Assembly: GCA_044239355.1 (NCBI GenBank)
Contig: JBIIBO010000006.1
Location: 18,311-82,310 of the forward strand
From: Ilumatobacteraceae bacterium
GTDB lineage: Bacteria; Actinomycetota; Acidimicrobiia; Acidimicrobiales; Ilumatobacteraceae
Reading direction: 5' to 3'
Length of the DNA stretch: 64,000 nt
This document shows, piece by piece, positions 9,007 to 17,879 of the stretch (positions within the stretch are counted from its first letter, which is position 1; each line of letters begins with the position of its first letter). Both the position numbers and the translations under genes were made by a program. Below the pieces are notes generated by a model. It did not search any database and was not told the origin of the DNA. It worked only from the letters and a program-made list of their open reading frames with translations.

Positions 9007-10758
9007 AACAACGTCGCCAGCACCCACGGTGTCACCTGGTGACACATTGATTGCTTTCACAACGCCGCTCTTGTCGGCTTCGATTTGGTTTTCCATTTTC
9101 ATGGCTTCGAGCACAACAACACTTTGACCAGCTTCAACACTTTGGCCTACTTCAACAAGAACCTTCACAATGGTTCCTTGCATCGGCACGGCAACCTTGC
9201 CAGTTCCTGCGCCGCCTGCACCACCAGAACCTGATGCTGCACGAGGAGTTTTCTTTTTGGCTGGTGAACTTGCAGCAACTCCAGCAGATTCTGGAACCCA
9301 CAACTTCACATCGAAACGGCGACCGTTTACTTCCACGGTTGTCTGACGCTGCACAAGGGGAGCATCATCGTCACCCGACGGCGCGCCCACTGGAGTGACA
9401 CCAATGTGAGAGAGATCAAGGACTTGTTCTACCCACTTGGTGGAGTGAGTGACTGCTGCGAAATCTGGATGTTCGAGAATGGCGATGTCTGCGGGAATTG
9501 TTGTGGCAACACCTTCAACAACCATTTCTTTGAGGCAACGCAAGGTGCGTGCAATTGCAGTAGGGCGATCTTTGCCCCATACGATCAACTTGCCGACCAA
9601 GTTGTCGTAGTACTGACTGATTTCATCGCCAGATTCATAACCACTATCGAATCGCACACCAAAACCATCTGGTGGAACCAACTTGGTAATTGGTCCGGGC
9701 GAAGGCAAGAACTTACCGCCAGCAGGGTTTTCTGCGTTGATACGAATTTCAATGGCGGCACCGCTTTGGCGTGCACGTACTTCTTTTTGTGTCATCGGCA
9801 ACTTCTCGCCTGCAGCAACACGAATCTGCCATTCCACAAGATCGATTCCTGTAATCACTTCGGTGACTGGGTGTTCTACCTGAAGACGTGTATTCATCTC
9901 CAAGAAGAAGAACTCACCATCTTGATAAATGAACTCCACGGTTCCTGCGTTGTAGTAGCCCACAGCTTTTGCAGCTTTTACAGCAGCGGCGCCCATGGCT
10001 TCTTCTACACCGTCAGGCAGACCTGGTGCTGGTGCTTCTTCCACCAGTTTTTGGTGACGACGTTGTGCAGAACAGTCACGAGTGGAGACCCACACAACAT
10101 TTCCGTGCTTGTCGCCGACTAGTTGAACTTCGATGTGTCGTGGCCAGGTGAGGTAGCGCTCCACATAGACCTCATCGCGACCAAAAAAGTTTTTCGCTTC
10201 ACGTTGAGCTGAATCCATGGCTTCTTGGACTTCAGATTCTGATTGCACAACTTTCATTCCACGACCACCGCCGCCGTATGCAGCCTTGATGGCAACGGGC
10301 CAACCAAACTCTTTGCCGAAGTCGATGATTTCTTGGGCGCTTTGTGCGAACTCTGTTGTGCCAGGAACAATCGGGGCTCCACCACGAAGTGCTGCTTTGC
10401 GGCTGGAAACCTTGTCGCCCATTTCATCGATGGCCTCGGGCGGTGGTCCAATGAACTGCACACCCATCGCGCTGATGGCACGAGCAAACTCGGCGTTCTC
10501 GCTAAAGAAGCCATATCCCGGATGCACAGCATCTGCGCCACTGTCCTTGATGGCTTTCAAAATCGCTTCGGTATTGATGTAGCTCTCGGCTGCGGTTTGC
10601 CCACCAAGGGCATAGGCCTCATCAGCCAAGCGCACGTGAAGTGCATTGCGATCGAGTTCGGAGTAGACCGCCACAGTGGCGATCCCCATCTCACGGGCGG
10701 CACGGATAACGCGGACGGCAATTTCGCCGCGGTTGGCAATCAGGATTTTCTTCAGCAC
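8992..10758 (-). CDS. accA: acetyl/propionyl-CoA carboxylase alpha subunit (biotin carboxylase + BCCP)
   Basis: N-terminus VLKKILIANRGEIAVRVIRAAREMG, an ATP-grasp region, and a C-terminal biotinyl motif LEAMKMEN. Start trimmed to GTG 10758, the family-typical N-terminus. The track's 10893 start overlaps birA. Confidence 0.9.
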   Translation of the reverse strand: MLKKILIANRGEIAVRVIRAAREMGIATVAVYSELDRNALHVRLADEAYALGGQTAAESYINTEAILKAIKDSGADAVHPGYGFFSENAEFARAISAMGVQFIGPPPEAIDEMGDKVSSRKAALRGGAPIVPGTTEFAQSAQEIIDFGKEFGWPVAIKAAYGGGGRGMKVVQSESEVQEAMDSAQREAKNFFGRDEVYVERYLTWPRHIEVQLVGDKHGNVVWVSTRDCSAQRRHQKLVEEAPAPGLPDGVEEAMGAAAVKAAKAVGYYNAGTVEFIYQDGEFFFLEMNTRLQVEHPVTEVITGIDLVEWQIRVAAGEKLPMTQKEVRARQSGAAIEIRINAENPAGGKFLPSPGPITKLVPPDGFGVRFDSGYESGDEISQYYDNLVGKLIVWGKDRPTAIARTLRCLKEMVVEGVATTIPADIAILEHPDFAAVTHSTKWVEQVLDLSHIGVTPVGAPSGDDDAPLVQRQTTVEVNGRRFDVKLWVPESAGVAASSPAKKKTPRAASGSGGAGGAGTGKVAVPMQGTIVKVLVEVGQSVEAGQSVVVLEAMKMENQIEADKSGVVKAINVSPGDTVGAGDVVVVIE

Positions 10759-10777
10759 AGGTGACAATATTGCCTTG

Positions 10778-11527
10778 ATGAGAGACCAAAAAGCGAACCA
10801 ATCAGAAAACTGGCAAATTCGCCGTGTTTCAGAGACGGGGAGTACGAACACCGATTTGCTCCAAGAAGGGGCCCAAGGTGCCGTTGACCGCACCGTTTTG
10901 CGGTCTGACTACCAATCTGCAGGCCGTGGACGCCTTGATAGGGCTTGGGAAGCCCCCAGAGGAGCCAATTTGTTGGTCTCCATGCTTTTCCGCCAAGTAC
11001 CTGCCCACACCCACGTACTGACCCAGGCGGTGGCTTTGGCAGCAGCCCGGGTAGCTCGAGAAACATGCGGGGTCGATGTGGTGATGAAGTGGCCGAATGA
11101 TCTTTTGGTGGCTAACGAGAAGGTGGCAGGCATTTTGGCTCAAGCAGGTTCTCTAGATGCACGTGGTGTGCCCGCATTTGTAGTGGTGGGAATTGGACTG
11201 AATCTTGAGTGGGCGCCACCAGGGGCTACATCTTTGGCCGCCAGTGGATGGACGCAATCTGTGACACCTGATGAATTCTTGCTGGCAATGCTGCCGTGTA
11301 TTGATGAGCTATTGGCATTGCCCGAAGAACAGATGCATGATCGATATGTTGCAGAACTTGGCACGGTGGGGATGCGTGTGCGTGCAGAGTTACCACACGA
11401 TCAAGAAATTGTGGGACGTGCAACTGGTGTTGAAGTTGACGGTCGATTGATAGTTCTCGACGAATGTGGTGTTACACATCGCATAGACACAGCAGATGTG
11501 GTGCACCTTCGCCCTGCAGCGGACTGA
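10778..11527 (+). CDS. birA: biotin--[acetyl-CoA-carboxylase] ligase (group I, no HTH domain)
   Basis: Motif QSAGRGRLDRAWEAPRGANL (GRGRxGRxW). About 249 aa from ATG 10778. Divergent from accA. Confidence 0.85.
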   Translation: MRDQKANQSENWQIRRVSETGSTNTDLLQEGAQGAVDRTVLRSDYQSAGRGRLDRAWEAPRGANLLVSMLFRQVPAHTHVLTQAVALAAARVARETCGVDVVMKWPNDLLVANEKVAGILAQAGSLDARGVPAFVVVGIGLNLEWAPPGATSLAASGWTQSVTPDEFLLAMLPCIDELLALPEEQMHDRYVAELGTVGMRVRAELPHDQEIVGRATGVEVDGRLIVLDECGVTHRIDTADVVHLRPAAD

Positions 11528-11541
11528 CTACCGTAGACACT

Positions 11542-12558
11542 GTGTTATCTGAACCAGGAATATCTCGCCTGACAGGTGCACCAAAGTGGATGTGGGTGTT
11601 GTCGGTGGCTCTTGTTGTGTCACTAGCTGGTGCACTTGGAATTGTGCGGGCAACTCAAGCACAACTCGACGATGTCGCACGTATCGACACAGTGTCAGCA
11701 GTTCTTTCTCCACCGTCGGCTGGAGTAGAAAACATTTTGCTGGTCGGTTCAGACTCGCGCGAAAGCGCAGATCCCAACGATAAAGATTTTGCATCAACAG
11801 GTTCAGTTGATGCCACACCAGGCATGCGTTCGGACACTCTCATTGTGGTGCGTATTGATAAAGCAACAGGCGATGTTGCATTGATGTCTGTCCCTCGTGA
11901 TTTGTGGGTCAAGATTGGTGACGGAGAAAAATTCGCCAAGATAAATGCGGCTTATGGAAATGGGCCAGAAGTTTTGGTCCGCACTGTGCAACGCGCACTC
12001 AATATCCCCATTCATCAATATGTAGAAATTAATTTTTCAGGATTCAAAACAATTGTTGATGCCATTGGTGGCGTCAATGTCTGTGTGCCTCACATCTCTC
12101 GCGACAAAGCAACGGGTTTCTACATTGGACGTAAAGGCTGCAAACGTCTTGATGGAACACAATCTTTGGCCTACGCCCGTTCGCGCTACCTAGAACAAAA
12201 AATTGATGGCAAATGGGTGATGGATCGCACTGGCGACACGGGTCGAGGGGAACGCCAACGAGCCTTTCTTTCCTCACTGGCCAAAGATGCTGCACGCTAT
12301 TTGGCGCGCAATCCGTTGCGCACGCATGTTGTGCTTGATGCGGTGACTTCTGCAATGACGGTCAGTGTGGGGCTGGATGTGTTGGAGACCGGTCAAAAAC
12401 TACGTGTATTGGGTACTGGAGACACTTTGTCGTATGCATTGCCGGTATCGAGTGAGATGTTGAATGACAATTTCATTTTTCGCTTGTCACGTGACGCAAC
12501 ACCTGTTCTTGCGTATTTCGCAGGACTTGGTCCTGCACCTGAAATCGACGAGAACTAG
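11542..12558 (+). CDS. LytR-CpsA-Psr (LCP) family cell-envelope transferase
   Basis: Motifs ILLVGSDSR, RSDTLIVVRID and SVPRDLWV, with an N-terminal TM segment WMWVLSVALVVSLAGALGIV. The start is either GTG 11542 (just after the birA stop) or ATG 11590. Confidence 0.85.
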   Translation: MLSEPGISRLTGAPKWMWVLSVALVVSLAGALGIVRATQAQLDDVARIDTVSAVLSPPSAGVENILLVGSDSRESADPNDKDFASTGSVDATPGMRSDTLIVVRIDKATGDVALMSVPRDLWVKIGDGEKFAKINAAYGNGPEVLVRTVQRALNIPIHQYVEINFSGFKTIVDAIGGVNVCVPHISRDKATGFYIGRKGCKRLDGTQSLAYARSRYLEQKIDGKWVMDRTGDTGRGERQRAFLSSLAKDAARYLARNPLRTHVVLDAVTSAMTVSVGLDVLETGQKLRVLGTGDTLSYALPVSSEMLNDNFIFRLSRDATPVLAYFAGLGPAPEIDEN

Positions 12559-12564
12559 CGCAAG

Positions 12565-14616
12565 CTATTGCTGACGAGCATTTGACTTGCGTCGGATTTT
12601 GTCCGCAAAAGTCTGCGCATCCACTGCTTCACCAATGCGATTTCCTTGCAGTAGGTCACATCCCAATACTTTGAGACGCTGCACGTGGTCATCAGTAGTA
12701 ACCCATTCAGCGCACACCGTGAGGTTTAAAGAGTGTGCAAGTTGAATCAATGATCGCACCATCGGGTCATCTCCACCATCAGTACGTCCGACGTCGCGCA
12801 CCAAAGTACCGTCCAGTTTCAAGATGTCGGCGGGGAATGTGCGAAGCGATGCAAGTGAGGAATATCCGGAACCGAAATCGTCTACTGCAATTTTGATTCC
12901 TTGGCGAGTCAATGCGTTCACTGTTCGCAATACAGATGGATTGTTTTCTACCAAATTTGATTCAGAAGTTTCCAAGACCAACTGCGACGCATCGAGTTGA
13001 TGAGTGCGAAGAATGGTCAAAGTGCGATCAACGAATGTGATGTCAGAGAGTTGTCGCCGAGATGCATTGATGTGTAACGCGGTGCTTGGGTCTACAAGTC
13101 CATCACGTATCCATTCAGAAACTGTTCGTGCGCTTTCATCAAGAATCCAATCACCAATCGGTGCAATGAGCCCAGATTCATCTGCAAGATCAAGAAATGC
13201 ACCCGGGGCCAATAGTCCGCGAGTGGGGTGGTTCCAGCGCAATAGTGCTTCAGCGGCAACAATTCGCCCGGTGTGTGCAGATTCAATGGGTTGGTACACC
13301 ACTGAGAATTGATCTCCGGCAAGAGCTTGTTCGAGTTCTGAGGCCAGTGATTGTCTCTCTTGGGCAACGCGACGCATCTCTTCGCTGTACAACTCGCTAC
13401 GTCCGCGACCGCGTTGCTTGGCTTTGTACATTGCTGTATCGGCGGAACGCAACAATGTCACTGCAGCATCGGCTGGTGATTGTGTAGCCAGCAATTCTGG
13501 GGTGGACATTGCCACGCCGACGCTTGCTCCGGCTTCAATTTCAACACCTTGAAGAACGAGAGACCCAGTGATTGCTGTACGAATGCGTTCGGCAACATCG
13601 AGAGCAACGTGTTCGTCGAGAAGCCCTTCACACAGCACGACAAATTCATCACCGCTGATGCGTGCTACTAAGTCGCTTGGTCTGGTGGCTGCAGCAAGGC
13701 GTTTTGCGATCGTCACAATCAATTGATCGCCCACGGCATGTCCAATTGTGTCATTGACATGTTTGAGTTTGTCGAGGTCGATAAACAACACTCCCACCGA
13801 TGCGTGTGTGGTCTTGCTGCGTTCTAGGGCTTCTGTTGTCTTGCGTACGAATAACACGCGGTTCGGCAAACCGGTGAGGGCATCATGGGTGGCTTGACGT
13901 GCGAGTTCGGCTTGTGCATGGCGTTGTTCGGTGATGTCACGACTAATTGTTGCCCAGTGCTGAATGCTGCCGTCTGCATTACGTACTACTTGAACAACGA
14001 TGTGTAAGACGCGCGCAATGCCATCGGGGGAACGGAAACCAATCTCGCCGTCCCATCTGCTGGGTGAACCACTGGGTGCTGCAGGGTCAAGAAGAACTCG
14101 CGGCAACTGATCGCGTACTGCTTGCATGAAAGTGCGCGAGGCGACATCATCAAATGATGTGTGTGGATCATGCACACCCACCAAAGTTTTGGCGGTGTCG
14201 TTTGCAAAGATCACTTCACCAACGCGGTTAAACACAATGACCGCATCACCTGAGACATCAAGTAAACCAATGAGTTGTTCAGACAGTTGACGTTGATCTG
14301 TATGCGATGTGACGTTGAGTGCGGTACCGATATGGCCAGTCAAGATTCCATCAAGGATGATGGGTTGTGTGCTGAGTGCAATTGACGCACTTTCTCCGGT
14401 GGGAAGTCCAATGCGAAATTCCACAGTAAATGCATCAGACGGTGCGCCACGTTGTGTCCATTGTTTTTCACATTCGGTGCGTTCATGTGGCATTGCATTT
14501 GTCCAAGGTGCAGTCCCGGGAACAACAGGTGCACCATGTAACACAAGTGTGCGAAACGCATCGTTTGCAGAGATGAGTCGACAATTCAGGTCTGTCTCAA
14601 ATACGCCAACTGGCAA
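12565..14616 (-). CDS. PAS-PAS-GGDEF-EAL signalling protein (c-di-GMP turnover)
   Basis: Motifs HDALTGLPNR..., RISGDEFVV (GGDEF site reads SGDEF), EALLRW, DDFGSGYSS and LKLDG. Confidence 0.9.
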   Translation of the reverse strand: MPVGVFETDLNCRLISANDAFRTLVLHGAPVVPGTAPWTNAMPHERTECEKQWTQRGAPSDAFTVEFRIGLPTGESASIALSTQPIILDGILTGHIGTALNVTSHTDQRQLSEQLIGLLDVSGDAVIVFNRVGEVIFANDTAKTLVGVHDPHTSFDDVASRTFMQAVRDQLPRVLLDPAAPSGSPSRWDGEIGFRSPDGIARVLHIVVQVVRNADGSIQHWATISRDITEQRHAQAELARQATHDALTGLPNRVLFVRKTTEALERSKTTHASVGVLFIDLDKLKHVNDTIGHAVGDQLIVTIAKRLAAATRPSDLVARISGDEFVVLCEGLLDEHVALDVAERIRTAITGSLVLQGVEIEAGASVGVAMSTPELLATQSPADAAVTLLRSADTAMYKAKQRGRGRSELYSEEMRRVAQERQSLASELEQALAGDQFSVVYQPIESAHTGRIVAAEALLRWNHPTRGLLAPGAFLDLADESGLIAPIGDWILDESARTVSEWIRDGLVDPSTALHINASRRQLSDITFVDRTLTILRTHQLDASQLVLETSESNLVENNPSVLRTVNALTRQGIKIAVDDFGSGYSSLASLRTFPADILKLDGTLVRDVGRTDGGDDPMVRSLIQLAHSLNLTVCAEWVTTDDHVQRLKVLGCDLLQGNRIGEAVDAQTFADKIRRKSNARQQ

Positions 14617-14713
14617 GGCAATAAGTGATGCGTCTATGGAGACATTCTCACAGATTAAACACCCAGTGCGGTGGACTGACCCCTCTCGGTGATGAATTAT
14701 TTGCTGGGGTGAT

Positions 14714-15307
14714 TTAGCGACGTTGGTAGGTGAAGGTGGTGCTCACTATTTCGAGTGCCACCTCTTGGAGGGCATCGCGCATTTGAAGTGCTGGTGTGTT
14801 GGGTGCGCTTTCTAGCGGAAACTCTTGGGCGTAGATAGTGATCTCAAATTGTTGAGCCACCCCAGCATCTGGACATGGGGCCTGATAGCCCAGTGTCCCT
14901 GATGCATTCACTGAGACAACAGCACCTTGGGGTGCCAGACCCTCTACAAGGTTGCGAGTCCCAATGGGGATGTCGGCCATTGCCCACAGCACTGTGGTGG
15001 GATCATCAACCGCGGTCAGTACAAGTCCGTAGGCCCGGGTCATCTCAGGACCTTCGCTCCACACCAATGGCGGCGAAACTGCTTGCCCATCACAGCTGTA
15101 GCGCACATCGAGCTCGCCCCCTTTTTCCCACGGAGCAGTGAGCGCCCAACTAGATGTGTCGGCGTTATCTGTGGGAGCGGTGGTGCCCACCATTGCTGGG
15201 CCGCCCACAGGTTCTTGCATTTGTCGGCCATCGTTAGTGGAACAGCTGGCGGAGACAATGGTGACTACGCCAACAAGCGCCACGCTGCGTCGAAAAACAT
15301 GCTTCAT
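14714..15307 (-). CDS. YbhB/YbcL (PEBP/Raf-kinase-inhibitor-like) family lipoprotein
   Basis: Signal sequence with a Cys (MKHVFRRSVALVGVVTIVSASCS). PEBP-like pattern DVRYSCDGQAVSPPLVW...YGLVLTAVDDP...YQAPCP...FEITIYA. Confidence 0.7.
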   Translation of the reverse strand: MKHVFRRSVALVGVVTIVSASCSTNDGRQMQEPVGGPAMVGTTAPTDNADTSSWALTAPWEKGGELDVRYSCDGQAVSPPLVWSEGPEMTRAYGLVLTAVDDPTTVLWAMADIPIGTRNLVEGLAPQGAVVSVNASGTLGYQAPCPDAGVAQQFEITIYAQEFPLESAPNTPALQMRDALQEVALEIVSTTFTYQRR

Positions 15308-15368
15308 TGGTCACACTCTATGCAGAACTGTTGGTGGTGAATCGTCGGCCCTCACTAACCTGAGAGCG

Positions 15369-16304
15369 ATGTCTCTTTCTCCCACGTCAATTTCTGGTGA
15401 GCCGTTGTGTCTCATGACTGTGCATGCACACCCTGATGATGAAGCATCGAAAGGTGCTCCCACCGTTGCTCGATACTTCGCCGAAGGTGTCTCTACGGTG
15501 TTGGTGTGTTGCACCGGTGGAGAAGAAGGCGACTTGCAAAATCCGGCTCTTCGTGAACCGGGTCAACCTTTTCATAAAGTGAGCCCAGATCAAGAACGTG
15601 CACTGCTTGCAAAGATTCGTCCACTCGAACTTGAACGTTCTACGCAGGCAATTGGGTTTAACCACGTACACATGTTGGGCTACCGCGACTCTGGAATGGC
15701 AGGGGCTGAATCAAACAATCACCCTGATTGTTTTCATATGGCAGATATTGATGAAGCTACGGGTCGTCTTGTGGGGCTCATTCGCCAGCACCGCCCACAA
15801 GTGATCCTGACCTACAACGATGATCAGCGTGGTTACCCGCACCCTGATCACTTGCGTGTGCATGACATCAGCGTCTTGGCATTTGATCGTGCAGGAGATC
15901 CTATGTGGTACCCAGAGATGGGTGAACCTTGGCAAGTGTCCAAGATGTATTATACATTGTGGGCCAAACAACGCATTGAGGTGGTACACAATGCGTTGAT
16001 AGAAAAGTTTGGCGAATCGCCATTTGATGAGAACTGGCTCAAGAGACCATCACAAGACCATCGCATTACTACTCGTGTAGAAATCGGTAAGTATTTGGCC
16101 GCTCGCACACAATCGTTGTTGGCTCATGCCACACAAATTGATCCCACGTCGAAATGGTGGTTTGGTCTTGATGATGACGAACTTGCACGCGTGTATCCAT
16201 GGGAAGATTGGATTCTTGCGCGGTCTTCTCTTGATCCCTTGCCGCAAGGATGCATTGAAGACGATGTGTTTATGAATATCCGTTCCACATCTCAGGGTTC
16301 GTAG
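15369..16304 (+). CDS. mca: mycothiol S-conjugate amidase (LmbE/PIG-L family)
   Basis: Motif LMTVHAHPDDEASKGAPTVARY...VLVCCTGGEEGD...GYRDSGM...HPDH closely resembles Mca. The track's ORF start at 15138 overlaps the divergent PEBP gene, so it is trimmed to ATG 15369 (alternative 15414). An MshB assignment cannot be excluded. Confidence 0.8.
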   Translation: MSLSPTSISGEPLCLMTVHAHPDDEASKGAPTVARYFAEGVSTVLVCCTGGEEGDLQNPALREPGQPFHKVSPDQERALLAKIRPLELERSTQAIGFNHVHMLGYRDSGMAGAESNNHPDCFHMADIDEATGRLVGLIRQHRPQVILTYNDDQRGYPHPDHLRVHDISVLAFDRAGDPMWYPEMGEPWQVSKMYYTLWAKQRIEVVHNALIEKFGESPFDENWLKRPSQDHRITTRVEIGKYLAARTQSLLAHATQIDPTSKWWFGLDDDELARVYPWEDWILARSSLDPLPQGCIEDDVFMNIRSTSQGS

Positions 16305-16531
16305 TGTCCATTCAATATCGCGTTGTCTTTAAGAAAAATGATGAGGCCGTTGAAGGCCCCGACGACGCTGATGTTGTGGTGCGTATTGATGCCAAAAATG
16401 CCTCAATGAATCCCACAACCGCGTTCATGGCGGGAAAATTGAAGGCCGAAGGGAATACGCGGTGTTTGTTCGAAGCGTTGTGGTCTGGAGAGGCTGAAAA
16501 AGTAATCAGCCAGCTCGCATCGCGTCCCTAA
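16304..16531 (+). CDS. small SCP2/sterol-carrier-like protein
   Basis: 75 aa. The GTG start overlaps the mca stop (TAGTG). The pattern ...FMAGKLKAEGNTRCLFEAL... resembles the C-terminal helix region of SCP2. Confidence 0.5.
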   Translation: MSIQYRVVFKKNDEAVEGPDDADVVVRIDAKNASMNPTTAFMAGKLKAEGNTRCLFEALWSGEAEKVISQLASRP

Positions 16532-17348
16532 GTTCGCGATAACCAATAAGAACTGCGCCACTTTTTTCTATCTGGGCGACAAGTTCTTTATCTTCGGTGG
16601 CAAAGATGTAGTCATCGATCCACCCTTGTGCATCCTTGCCCAATGCACGCACTTCGGGAGTGTCGATTGCAGGCTGAATGTGAATCTCGGTCACGCCTGG
16701 CTGCAAGTTGTGTAGTGCGTGCAGTACACGCTCTCGGCTTCCTGCACGCCAGTCATGGTCGAAGTGATCTGGGAAAACAACACCTTCTTCGGCAGCAAGT
16801 TGTCGGAAAGGAAATCCTGCGACATCGGCACTAATGGTTGAAGGCAATCGAATGGGGAGTGCGAATTCCACTGCAAGTTCTACATACACATCAAAAAACT
16901 CAGGACGCAAAGTGATGGAGGTGAGATGTGGCGCAAGATGAGTGACGTCAATACCCCAGGCGATTGCTCGTTCGATTTGTGCACGACATTCGCGCAATAC
17001 CTCTACAGAGTCGGCATGTTCCCATAAGTCATCAACAGTGCGAGGGAAACCACCTTCGCCAGACAACAAAGAAGGCGCGTGCGTGAGTGGGCCCCATCGA
17101 TAAGAAGGATTTTCTGCGTTCAGTGTGAGATGCACACCAATGTCTTCGCCTGAGTAATTGTCTGCTGCGTAGCGTGCCCAAGGTGCAGGCATCATGATGG
17201 ACGCACATGTGGCCACGCCGTGACGCAGTGCGCCATACACACCTTCAGTGGCGCCATGACATGCACCCAGGTCATCGCAAGAAATAATCACCAGTCGCGC
17301 ATCGGCGTTGTAGCCAAGTCGGGTTGCGAGCACTGAAGTATCAGACAT
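16506..17348 (-). CDS. ChbG/HpnK (YdjC-like) carbohydrate deacetylase family protein
   Basis: Motif LVIISCDDLGACHGATEGVYGAL...ASIMMPAPW. Start trimmed to ATG 17348 (MSDTSVLATRLGYN). Confidence 0.7.
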   Translation of the reverse strand: MSDTSVLATRLGYNADARLVIISCDDLGACHGATEGVYGALRHGVATCASIMMPAPWARYAADNYSGEDIGVHLTLNAENPSYRWGPLTHAPSLLSGEGGFPRTVDDLWEHADSVEVLRECRAQIERAIAWGIDVTHLAPHLTSITLRPEFFDVYVELAVEFALPIRLPSTISADVAGFPFRQLAAEEGVVFPDHFDHDWRAGSRERVLHALHNLQPGVTEIHIQPAIDTPEVRALGKDAQGWIDDYIFATEDKELVAQIEKSGAVLIGYRELRDAMRAG

Positions 17349-17359
17349 AAGCCCAAACC

Positions 17360-17806
17360 CTACCTGCGACACAACGCCCACATCCCCACACCATTGCGTT
17401 GTGCGGTGAGTGCAAGAGCAGCAAACTCTGAGGAGAACATGGTGTTGGGCTCAAAGGGGTAGGCGGCGGCGTGTCCATGTTCGAGAAGTGCCCGATTAAG
17501 AAACAACCCGTCGTATTGACGAAACACATACGCCAAGAGTCGGCCAAAACGATCACGGGCCTCGATATCTCGAACAATTTCCACTTTCGTGCCTCGTGGG
17601 AATTGTGTTGCAGTAAATGCCGATGCCTCCGGTCCACCACACTCGACGGGCTTGTTCGGATGCTTGGTTTCAGGTGTGTCCACTCCAATAAGGCGTATGT
17701 CTTGGCGGCGCCCTCTGAGGCGAACGGTCAAGGTGTCGCCATCTATGGGTTCGACCACTGTGGCTATAACGCGTTCACCCGCACCAGTTGTGGTGCGGGT
17801 GAACAT
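17360..17806 (-). CDS. thermonuclease (staphylococcal-nuclease-like) family protein
   Basis: Motifs GDTLTVRL...IRLIGVDTPE...EASAF...GRLLAYV. The track ORF (to 18181) overlaps the thiolase gene, so it is trimmed to ATG 17806. An alternative GTG at 17836 would add a short hydrophobic leader. Confidence 0.75.
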   Translation of the reverse strand: MFTRTTTGAGERVIATVVEPIDGDTLTVRLRGRRQDIRLIGVDTPETKHPNKPVECGGPEASAFTATQFPRGTKVEIVRDIEARDRFGRLLAYVFRQYDGLFLNRALLEHGHAAAYPFEPNTMFSSEFAALALTAQRNGVGMWALCRR

Positions 17807-17879
17807 ACATGAATGAAGTGTGAGACAAAGTCCCACAACGCATATCGCTTCGGCGTACTTGAGTACGCGTGAAACAGAT

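Noticed and set aside
9406-10122. Long antisense ORFs opposite well-supported genes (e.g. 9406..10122 +, 10243..10764 +, 5074..5598 +, 40495..41093 -, 52831..53379 -, 19324..19905 -).
   Set aside because: They lie fully inside strongly motif-supported CDSs on the other strand. Their composition is biased (Cys/His/Ser/Arg-rich), and they have no SD or family motifs. They are typical shadow ORFs.
15138-15368. N-terminal extensions in the longest-ORF models (mca 15138, birA 10676, accA 10893, nudC 18947, ACAD 27218, esterase 35779, ABC1 kinase 44965, SNase 18181, alkB 45879, geranylgeranyl reductase 40603).
   Set aside because: Each extension overlaps a neighbouring well-supported gene and precedes the family-typical N-terminus. 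Internal ATG/GTG starts fit better.
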